64,000 nt of DNA from an uncultured Gammaproteobacteria bacterium (GTDB lineage Bacteria; Pseudomonadota; Gammaproteobacteria; Thiohalobacterales; Thiohalobacteraceae): contig CAVOKC010000005.1 of the NCBI GenBank assembly GCA_963696465.1, forward strand, positions 37,562-101,561. Reading direction: 5' to 3'. How positions within the stretch are numbered: position 1 is the first letter of the stretch; each line of letters starts with the position of its first letter. Of the stretch, positions 17,285 through 25,580 are shown one piece after another. The notes beneath the pieces were generated by a model, which worked only from the letters and a program-made list of their open reading frames with translations, made no database searches and was not told the origin of the DNA. A program made the translations under genes and the position numbers.

Positions 17285-18302
17285 GTTGTGCTGGACCGCC
17301 GATAAAACTCGTCGCCACTGTTCACTAGCCCATCCGGACCGATGAAAAGATCCTTGACGTTGGGTACCGGCAGACTCTCGTCAGCCGTGACCGTGAACGG
17401 CGGACCGCAAGTGGAGTAAGTGACTGCGCCGGATTGAAGGGGTCGTAAGCCGGGTAGAACGGATCATAGGCACCCTTCGGGACGATGTTCCAGAAATTGG
17501 TCTTGTAGATGTCAACCACCGTGCTGTTGTTTTTGACTACCCCGGTGAACGGATCGGGATTCGTCTGACTCAGGATCGGGTCCTCGGGGTTCGACGCGGC
17601 CGAGTACAGGAGTCCACCGAATTCGAATTGAGTATCGACGGGTTGGCCCCCTTTTGGATAACCTGAGCCAGGAGCACCTGGAATGGCGGCAAGATACTCG
17701 AGATGCGGGTGTCGTAGTCGCCGCAGTGCATCCCCAAGTCGTTGATGGCAACGAGTTGGTAGCCGATCATGCCGGTGCCCGGTGCCGGGTTGAGTGAGTT
17801 CGCTGGCCGCGGCGCGGCTTGCTCGGGCACGGAGGACAGTTGCCAGGCAAAATTCCGGGGGCGAAGACACCGGAGAAGGTCTGGCTCGTCGAGTTTATTG
17901 ACGTGCCGGTTGATATCGCATTCACCGTAACGTTAACGGTTGCCGTGCAGGTCTTGGGACTACGCGAGTGTTGTCGGTCACCTTGAAGCTCGTGGTGTAA
18001 CTGCCGGCCGCGCTGTAGGTCACGGGCACCGGGGCGGAGGTTCCGCTGGTAGTTGCCCGATTGCGTGTTTGACGTCGGGCTGCCGCCGGGGAAAGTAAAG
18101 TCAAAGCGATACGGCTTCACCCCACCGGCAGCGGTGCCGGTATAGGTGATCTGCCGCCGACTGAGATCGTTGTCGCATTGGCGCTGATACTACAGGTGAG
18201 CGGCGGGGCCGGTGCGGCGGCCCATACCGATGACAGGGGAAACAACAATAACCCCAAGACGACTGTCAGCCCGGGCTGCAAGCGATACGTTGTGGTATTC
18301 AT
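17285..18302 (-). pseudogene. N-terminal part of the same cytochrome: signal peptide + PKD-like domain + conserved linker, broken by at least 6 frame changes
   Basis: ATG 18302 with a GGGGGGAG SD encodes MNTTTYRLQPGLTVVLGLLLFPLSSVWA (a signal peptide). Fragments in alternating frames follow: PLTCSISANATTISVGG, VKPYRFDFTFPGGSPTSNTQSGNYQ, VTYSAAGSYTTSFKVTDNT (PKD signature), TCTATVNVTVNA, YQLVAINDLGMHCGDYDTRISSILPPFQVLLAQVIQKG, PVDTQFEFGGLLYSAASNPEDPIL...AYDPFYPAYDPFNPA and VTYSTCGPPFTVTADESLPVPNVKDLFIGPDG. Confidence 0.6.
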
Positions 18303-18923
18303 AAAACTCCCCCCGCCGCCTCCAGGGCGGCGATCCGTCCACACTCCCGACGCCGATCCTGTCTCCGCGTACGACTCCAATGCGGAAACGCCGTTGTGCC
18401 GATCTCTTTGGCTGAAGGATACCTCCACCGGAGGCGAAGGATTTCCTAATCAATCTCTTTTTTGACCGCTCATAATTGAACAACCCTGAAATTCTGCTCT
18501 TGATCAAATCGAACCAGGGTTAGCGAAAAGTACTCTCTTGTGTATAGCAGGGGATTTTATTTTTACATTAGTATAAATGTGGTCTTCCCTGCGGGTGGGC
18601 GAGCGTCTTCATGAGTGTCTGCCCCCACGAAGTGCTGCGGGCATCACCACGTAGGCAATCGTTTCTTCGACGCTGCCGCCATAGACGCCGGAGCTACTAT
18701 GGGACATTCGACGTCACCAGCGGTGCAAGTACCACGCGGTTGGCGATCGACCGCTCAGCTGTTTGTGTAGAAGGTATAAAATGGCGTGCCGCAACGTCTA
18801 CTGGTAACCCATTAAATGCACCCTGCTTGACCACCGTCAAGCACGCGAGCATCTGGGCTTGATGCCCTGGTTCATGGATGACGATACTTAGAACGTGGCG
18901 GTGGATGACCAGAGGTAACCCGC

Positions 18924-19767
18924 ATGAATATTCGCCATCTGTTCCGCGTAGGCACGTTGCTCGGCATGCTTGCATTGTCACCGGCCAAAGCCGATGTACT
19001 GGTGCTCGTGCATGGCTGGTCGGCTAATGCCGATACTTGGCTGCACAGCGGCGTGCTGGCAAACCTGGCGACGCGCGGCTGGGTCGATGCTGGCGTGGTC
19101 GTAGCGGGACCACAGGGCACGAGGTATCTTCCCACCAACGGCAGCAATACACAGCGCAAAGTCTATCGTGCGCAGCTGACAGCAGAGGCGCCGTTGCTGC
19201 TTCAGGCAAGGCAGTTGCAAGCGGAACTGCAGATGATTCGTCAGCGCCACCCGAATGAGCGCATCACGCTGGCAGGTCACTCCGCAGGGGGTATCGTGGC
19301 GAGACTGACGCTGGTTCACCCGCAAACACCGCCGATGCAGGTACTGATTACACTGGGCAGCCCGAATCTGGGCACGATACGCGCCATCCAGGGGTTGGAC
19401 ATTGTCGAGAAGCAAACCGTTTTTCTGCCCGGGACCGGGAATCGATCTTCTCAAGCATGTGGCCGGTGGCGATGATTATCGCTATCTGCGTGCCTCACGC
19501 GGCGCGCTCTACGATCTGCAACCCGTGTCCTATGGCAGCCTCATCGATTGGCTCAACCATCAGCCGCATCCCGACATCACCTACTATTCTGTGATCCGTG
19601 GCGGTCCAGTCGGTGATGGCGACGAGCTGGTACCCGCTCTCAGCCAGGATCTGAATCAGGTGCCCGTGCTGCGCGGGCGCGTGCACGTACTGGTCGCACC
19701 GACCAGTCATCGGTTGGAACCGCGCGACGGGATATTGCTCGCGGATATTCTGGAGAGAACTAACTGA
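18924..19767 (+). pseudogene. secreted alpha/beta-hydrolase (lipase/esterase-like), one frame break
   Basis: Signal peptide MNIRHLFRVGTLLGMLALSPAKA, then VLVHGW and the nucleophile elbow GHSAGG. The frame changes near 19410-19415 (caaacc). The second frame continues PFFCPGPGIDLLKHVAGGDDY...GDGDELVP...H to a stop at 19767. Confidence 0.65.
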
Positions 19768-20502
19768 TCAATCCGGACCCGCATTTTCGACACCGCTGCG
19801 GCAAGCCATTCTGAACTTTCCGGGATAGACTCCCCACCATATCGTTAGAATCGTTACCGCTACACCCGGCAAACGCAGATATCGGATGGAACCTCCTGCA
19901 GGGTTGGGTGCACACCAAAGCCGACCACCCTGAGCTGCAATCAATTCAGAGGCCATGATCAATGGCACCTCGGCAGTGGCTTTGCCCTCCGCAAGCAGCG
20001 ATTCGAAGATACCTTGAATCTCTGCCAGGCTGACTTCTGCACCCCCGTCCGTAATACTCAACTCGATGCCACCATCCTGAGTAGCACAACCGATCAGTAC
20101 TATGGGTTTACGGACATCCTGGGAAGCCTCCAGCGTGGCCTCGATCGCTTCATGTAAGAGCTCGTGCAGTATCTGCTCCAGGACAACCGGATCCACATCC
20201 GTGGCCGGCAATTCTTTGGCCAAACGTTGTACAACCCGAATACCGTTGGCTTGCAATTCGGTATCGGCCTGCATCAGCACGTTAGCAACATGCTCATAAA
20301 TGTCTACATCTGCAGCGACCGTGGCCAGCGCACTACGAGCAGCTTGCGCTTTCTGTTGAATGGCGCGAAACAGGGTGGCGAATTTATCGGCATCGGTCTT
20401 GCCGCGTTCGATACGCCTTAGCGCGATACGTGTGAATTGCACGATCTCGGTGAGGTCAATCTCCAGCGAATGAGGTATCGAATCATCTTTGCTTGCGGCC
20501 AT
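19768..20502 (-). CDS. histidine-kinase-like ATPase (HATPase_c) protein lacking a recognisable H-box
   Basis: 244-aa ORF with a C-terminal Bergerat-fold pattern (DPVVLEQILHELLHEAIEAT ... IELSITDGGAEVS ... GIFES ... ELIAAQGGRLWCAPNPAGGSIRYLRLP). No HExxxP phospho-acceptor motif was seen. Confidence 0.55.
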   Translation of the reverse strand: MAASKDDSIPHSLEIDLTEIVQFTRIALRRIERGKTDADKFATLFRAIQQKAQAARSALATVAADVDIYEHVANVLMQADTELQANGIRVVQRLAKELPATDVDPVVLEQILHELLHEAIEATLEASQDVRKPIVLIGCATQDGGIELSITDGGAEVSLAEIQGIFESLLAEGKATAEVPLIMASELIAAQGGRLWCAPNPAGGSIRYLRLPGVAVTILTIWWGVYPGKFRMACRSGVENAGPD

Positions 20503-20535
20503 TTGAGCAGGACTGCCCCGCAGGAACCGATTCCA

Positions 20536-21471
20536 CTACTGCCTCAGGTTCAAGCCGTTCCTCGCCCTGAAATCCTGCACCCTAGCCGATGAATCCTGTC
20601 CGACTGGGTCCAGATGCCAGTGTAAATGCAGTGCCTCGCCAGGCGTGGCTCCAGGCAGATAAGAACGGCTGTCGAATCCCTGCCCTGTGGCTGCCACACT
20701 CGACACTCCGGGCGCAGCACTGTTTGATACGGCAATGGACTGCCCGGATTTGACGATGGCTTCGCTGCTGTCGGGCAGCGCTGCGCGCACCGTCGGCTCC
20801 CCCAGCAATCCTGCCGCCAGCATCACCAGCAAGGTCCAGGTGTACGGTGAGAGATAGGCGGCAGACAGCAGCCCCGCACTGATGAACAGATCAATGCCCG
20901 TCGCCGCGCCGAGCAGAAATAGCGCAACCCACCAACCGGTCAGGCCTACTGGTTGTTGGCTAGTCTGCGCGACCTGTCGGGTGCACCAGAGCAGATAACC
21001 CCAGCTCACCGCAATCACCGCATGTACCAGCAACCAGCCCTGGCTGAGACGCCCAATCAAATCGATGCCCGCAGGTGATGGCACCGCCGGCATACTCATC
21101 GGCGTGAAATTGAAATGCACCAGACTGGCCGGCAATGTGAGATTCAGCAGCAATAAACCGCACCACGGCACACTCAGTCCGATCAGCAGCCCCAATCGCT
21201 GCGGTCGGAATAGCAAGGTAACGAGCCAGAGCAAGGTGAACCAACTGAGGAGACCACAGGCAATCACGGCCTTGTCGATTAACGGCATCAACATGGGTGG
21301 CACCGACTGCAACCACGCCTTACTGGCGGCGAAACCCGCCACTGACAAACACAGCAAGGCATAGAGAATGTTTACGGATGCACGCGCGGCCGGCGCATGC
21401 GTGGCCCGAAGGAGAGATTGCACTGCAGCATACAACGCAATGCCGGTACTGATGTACAAAGCGGACGTCAT
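20536..21471 (-). CDS. polytopic membrane protein (about 7 TM), possible sensor module for the downstream HATPase protein
   Basis: 311-aa ORF with ~7 hydrophobic helices and a Ser/Ala-rich soluble tail. Its stop is only 33 nt upstream of the HATPase ORF start. Confidence 0.55.
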   Translation of the reverse strand: MTSALYISTGIALYAAVQSLLRATHAPAARASVNILYALLCLSVAGFAASKAWLQSVPPMLMPLIDKAVIACGLLSWFTLLWLVTLLFRPQRLGLLIGLSVPWCGLLLLNLTLPASLVHFNFTPMSMPAVPSPAGIDLIGRLSQGWLLVHAVIAVSWGYLLWCTRQVAQTSQQPVGLTGWWVALFLLGAATGIDLFISAGLLSAAYLSPYTWTLLVMLAAGLLGEPTVRAALPDSSEAIVKSGQSIAVSNSAAPGVSSVAATGQGFDSRSYLPGATPGEALHLHWHLDPVGQDSSARVQDFRARNGLNLRQ

Positions 21472-21695
21472 GATTATGATGCTGCGGCCCCATCTGAAAT
21501 CGGCGTATTCCCGCCAGCTCGTTGTTATTAATCGGTTGATTCAAGTAGAAACTTTAGCCGCGGAGCCAAACACACTTCGCCAGGTTACACCGGAATCTGT
21601 GCCTCAGCTCCAGCTAAATCACGACGCAAACGGCCCACCCGTCGGAGAGTCTACCGACGGGCAGGCCTGGATAGAGCTCCGCTACGGGATGCGCT

Positions 21696-22069
21696 CTACC
21701 ATCCCCCTCCATAGCCGGGGTACCCCCAACCACCTGGATAGCCAGCACCGGGATAACCCGAATAAGAAGGATAACCACCATAGGGGTAACCGCCCCCGTA
21801 ACCCGGGTAGCCATTGCCAGGATAGCCATATGCAGGGTATCCGTAGCCGTAACCCGGGTAACCATTGCCAGGATAGCCATACCCGGGGTATCCGTAGCCG
21901 TAGCCCGGATAGCCCATGACCAGCCGGGGCCATCATCCCAATCATCACCCCAATCATCACCCCAATCATCGAACCAGTCGCCGGGCCACCAGCTGGCCTG
22001 AGTCTGGGCCATTGGAAGCGCTGTGGCACCTGCCACTATCGCTACCAGCAATAGTTTTTTCAGTGTCAT
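21696..22069 (-). pseudogene. secreted Gly/Tyr-rich low-complexity protein, paralog of 2569..3101 (one frame break)
   Basis: MTLKKLLLVAIVAGATALPMAQTQA (signal peptide) is followed by acidic WWPGDWFDDWGDDWGDDWDDGPGW. The frame changes near 21917-21925. The second frame reads GYPGYGYGYPGYGYPGNGYPGYGYGYPAYGYPGNGYPGYGGGYPYGGYPSYSGYPGAGYPGGWGYPGYGGGW, then a stop. Confidence 0.6.
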
Positions 22070-22284
22070 AAATACCCCCTCGGCAGGCCGAAGATGTGTG
22101 GCCCCCTATTCGAAAAGTTAGCCGAATCGGCGCTATTCGCCAGAGTCACACTCGACAATAAAACCCATTTTTGACCGAAATCAAATTTTCCTGGGTGACA
22201 TACTGCATGCGCGCAGCGCGAAGCCCCCCCTTCTTGAGTAGCACTTGTATTTGGAGTCCAATCCTACGCAGAAGGAGATTGGAC

Positions 22285-22419
22285 ATGAAGAATCGGTATT
22301 CGAAAGTCACTGGCCACGACAAGACCATCAATCGGGTTTTTATGGATATTCTTCACACATGTAACTTACATCAGAGGATGTTTCCCCTTGATGACCTGAT
22401 CCTCCGCTCCGCTCAGTAA
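22285..22419 (+). CDS. possible 44-aa protein (speculative)
   Basis: An AAGGAG SD lies 7 nt before ATG 22285. The product is MKNRYSKVTGHDKTINRVFMDILHTCNLHQRMFPLDDLILRSAQ. The SD lies in the loop and 3' arm of an 8-bp inverted repeat, GTCCAATC...GATTGGAC. The local region is lower in GC. Confidence 0.25.
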   Translation: MKNRYSKVTGHDKTINRVFMDILHTCNLHQRMFPLDDLILRSAQ

Positions 22420-22454
22420 ATGCGATCAGATTAACCATTCGTCCCGTACAACGG

Positions 22455-23679
22455 CTAGGCTGCGCGGCGACGGAGTATCACGAGCCCGATGATGGCGACG
22501 GTGGCAAAGCCGGCACCGGCCAAGAACGTGGCCGAGGGCCCGATGGCGCTCCATAGCGCACCTGCAATCATACTCGCCAGCAGCAGGGCGCCGCCACTGA
22601 CAAGATTGAAGATACCAAACCCGGTGCCGCGCAACGGGGCCGGCACCGTATCCGCGACGAGTTTCGATAAAAGTCCCTGGGTAAAAGCCATGTGCAATCC
22701 CCACAGCGCCGCACCGGCAAACACGGCCAGTGCGTCCGCGGCGACGGCCAACACCACATCGGCGGCGATGAGCAATGCGAGCCCGATCAACAGCAAGGTG
22801 CGTTCGCGGAAGCGGTCGGCCGCGGCGCCGGCCGGATAGGCAGCCGCGGCGTAGAATACGTTCATCACGACCATGACCACCGGCACGTAGCCGAGCTCGA
22901 GACCGACGTCATCGGCGCGCAGCACCAAAAATGCCTCGCTGAAGCGGGCCAGTGTAAAGACGGCGCCTAACACCACGACCTTCCAGTAACGCAGCGGCAG
23001 GCGCTTGATGTCGACGAAGGTGAGCGGCGCTTTGACGTGCCCGGGCACTTGCGCATGCTCCGGCTCGCGCACATAGATCATGAGCAACGCCACGGCAATA
23101 AACGCCGGCACCACGGCTACCCACATCACCGCTCTGATGTCGTTGACGAACCAGATCATGAAGGCCACCGCCAGCAGCGGACCGAGCAAGGCGCCCACGG
23201 AATCGAGCGCTTGGCGCAGCCCGTACGCGGCACCGCGCAAGGGCGCTGGCGTGATGTCGGCCACCAAGGCGTCGCGTGGTGCGCCACGGATGCCTTTGCC
23301 GATGCGATCGACGAAACGTGCCGTGAATACCCAGCCTATCGACGTGGCCAGCGGGAAAATCGGTTTGGTGAAAGCTGCAAGTGCCATAACCGAGGATCAT
23401 CAGGAATTTGCGCTTACCGAGATAATCGCTCAGCGTGCCCGAAAACACCTTCAAGATGGCTGCCGTCGCCTCCGCGATACCTTCGATGACGCCGACAGTC
23501 ACCATCGACACGCCCAGCGTCGTGACCATGAAAATCGGCAGGAGGCTGTGGATCATCTCGGAAGAAATGTCCATGAACAGCGAGCCGAATCCCAAGGCCC
23601 AGATGCCGGCCGGCAACGCGCGCCATGCGGCCGGGCTCCGCGGGCGAGACGGTGAACTGTTCGAAGCTCGTAAGCTCAC
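22455..23679 (-). pseudogene. MFS transporter (one frame break near 23385)
   Basis: The N-terminal half lies in ORF 22909..23850 (WALGFGSLFMDISSEMIHSLLPIFMVTTLGVSMVTVGVIEGIAEATAAILKVFSGTLSDYLGKRK). The C-terminal half is ORF 22455..23387 (FTARFVDRIGKGIRGAPRDALVADITP...). The start is uncertain: GTG 23679, or ATG 23850 giving a 57-aa charged extension. Confidence 0.65.
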
Positions 23680-24238
23680 GCCAGCGACCCAGCGTCGTGC
23701 GAAGCGTGCCAGTTGACTGCGTGCGGTGGTCTCCGCGCTCTGGGCCTGTTGCATGTGTGCCTGTGACTGCCGCAGCTGCGCCTCAAGAACAAAATCGTCC
23801 TCGTCCACGAGGATGTCGGCGATCCGATCAGCGATCTTGGTCGGCGACACCGATCCAGCTTTTGTTCCGATCTCCGATCATGGTTCTTATTCCTTCTGAC
23901 TGATCTGCGTCCGATCAACTGACGTTATTGATTTTTTGCAGACGCCGCGCAGTGCGTCAACACAACGTCCGAGCTGTACTGGCAACTGTTGCCATTACAA
24001 CTGTCACCATTCAAGTATGGCAGAGCCAGGCGAATCCAAACTGACCAGCCGCGACCGACTCAGGCTGACTCACCCGCCAAGGCGACACGGATCAGTTCAC
24101 GGCACACCTCGGCCCGCGGCTTATCCGAGCAGAGATTGTCGGTCGGAGGGACAGGCTTGGCTGACATAGGTAAGAAGTCTCCGGATCGATGCGGAAGAGC
24201 CCCTCCAGGCATATGAAGCACGATAAAAAGCCAACATT

Positions 24239-24260
24239 GAATGAACGTTCATTCTAGAAT
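24239..24260 (+). promoter_or_regulatory. perfect 16-bp palindrome (operator-like) abutting a TAGAAT -10 box upstream of the AcrA-like gene
   Basis: GAATGAAC|GTTCATTC (24239-24254) is followed directly by TAGAAT (24255-24260), 83 nt before ATG 24343. Confidence 0.45.
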
Positions 24261-24342
24261 CGCGCTATGAATTTGCGCGGTGTGTCCGGAGTCCCGGCAC
24301 GTCCAATGCCGTTTCTGAATTTCTGATATCGAGAGGGCAACC

Positions 24343-25569
24343 ATGCAGGCCTACCCCTTGCTTCGCTCCGCGCCATTCAGCGCATTGGCGGGCGTCGTTC
24401 TACTGGCCGCATGCAGCGGCGAGCCACCGCCCGCGCCGGGTGGCGCAGCTCAAGCCGCACCGACCGTCACGGTGCTTACTGTGCAGGCCGAGCGCGTCGC
24501 GCACGTGACTGAATTGCCCGGCCGCACGACGCCCTTCCTGATCGCCGAGGTTCGGCCGCAGGTCACTGGCATCGTACTGCAGCGCAACTTTGACGAAGGC
24601 AGCGAGGTGCAGGCCGATCAGCTGCTGTATCAGATCGATCCCGCGCCTTATAAGGCAAGCTATGACAGCGCCAAGGCCGGACTCGCGCGCGCCGAGGCCG
24701 ATCTCTATGCCGTGCGTCTCAAAGCCGAGCGCTACGCCGAACTGGTGAAGACCAAAGTCATCAGCACCCAAACGAACGATGATGCCGTCGCTGCGCTCAT
24801 GCAGGCACAAGCCAATGTCGCCGCAGCGCAGGCCACGCTGGCAAAAGCGAAGATCGATCTGGATTTCACCCAGGTGAAAGCGCCCATCGCCGGTCGCATC
24901 GGCCGTTCCGCCGTAACGGCGGGCGCGCTGGTGACGGCGAATCAGGCAGCGACGCTCGCCATCGTGCAGCAACTCGATCCAATTTATGTAGACCTCACCC
25001 AGTCCAGCGCCGAACTGCTGCGTCTGCGACGCGATCTCGCCTCCGGCAAGATGCAACGCACCACTGACAACACGCTGCCGGTGAAATTGCTGCTCGAAGA
25101 CGGCAGCGAATATTCTGCCGACGGCACGCTGGCTTTTTCCGAAGTCACAGTGGACGAGACCACCGGCAGTGTGACCCTGCGCGCTGTCTTCCCCAATCCG
25201 AAAAACGAACTGCTGCCTGGCATGTACGTGCGCGCACGCCTGTCGCAAGGCGTGCAGGACAACGCCATTCTGGTGCCGCACGCGGCGCTGACCCGCGATC
25301 CGAAAGGCAATGCTGTCGTGATGGTGATCGGCGCCGAAGACAAGGTCGAAGCGCGCACCGTGCAAACAGCCCAATCGCTCGGCGACAAGTGGGTAGTGAC
25401 CGAGGGACTTGTGCCCGGCGAACGCGTCATCGTCGAGGGTCTGCAACGCGCGCGTCCCGGCACGCAGGTGCAGGCGCAAGAAATGGCTTCGCAGGTCACG
25501 GCGCCGAATGCGCCCGGATCGAATGCGTCGGGACCGAATGCATCGTCGCCCGCGCCCGCGGCCAAGTGA
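24343..25569 (+). CDS. RND multidrug efflux adaptor lipoprotein (AcrA/MexA family)
   Basis: 408-aa ORF with lipoprotein signal [10 protein letters not shown]. Typical MFP motifs are present ([59 protein letters not shown]). Confidence 0.9.
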   Translation: MQAYPLLRSAPFSALAGVVLLAACSGEPPPAPGGAAQAAPTVTVLTVQAERVAHVTELPGRTTPFLIAEVRPQVTGIVLQRNFDEGSEVQADQLLYQIDPAPYKASYDSAKAGLARAEADLYAVRLKAERYAELVKTKVISTQTNDDAVAALMQAQANVAAAQATLAKAKIDLDFTQVKAPIAGRIGRSAVTAGALVTANQAATLAIVQQLDPIYVDLTQSSAELLRLRRDLASGKMQRTTDNTLPVKLLLEDGSEYSADGTLAFSEVTVDETTGSVTLRAVFPNPKNELLPGMYVRARLSQGVQDNAILVPHAALTRDPKGNAVVMVIGAEDKVEARTVQTAQSLGDKWVVTEGLVPGERVIVEGLQRARPGTQVQAQEMASQVTAPNAPGSNASGPNASSPAPAAK

Positions 25570-25580
25570 GGTAGCAGAGC

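Noticed and set aside
18697-18981. 94-aa minus-strand ORF in the cytochrome/hydrolase spacer
   Set aside because: It overlaps the 5' end of the well-supported hydrolase gene on the opposite strand and has no SD or recognisable family. It could be a gene remnant, but this is unsupported.
12364-22100. Possible genomic island integrated at tRNA-Val
   Set aside because: No integrase, excisionase or mobility gene is present. I could not find a direct repeat of the tRNA 3' end downstream; only an 8-nt GGTGGGCG match near 18585.
23680-23850. 57-aa charged N-terminal extension or separate small gene (MSPTKIADRIADILVDEDDFVLEAQLRQSQAHMQQAQSAETTARSQLARFARRW) upstream of the MFS transporter
   Set aside because: It is in frame with the MFS body with no intervening stop. 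Given the indel noise, I cannot tell whether it is a separate ORF, a genuine extension or untranslated sequence.
23936-24216. Two overlapping plus-strand ORFs (77 and 75 aa) and a short minus-strand ORF in the MFS/acrA spacer, considered as the missing AcrR-type repressor
   Set aside because: None shows a TetR-like HTH or a plausible start context, and their composition is Arg/Pro/Ser-rich noise. They should be rechecked after indel correction.
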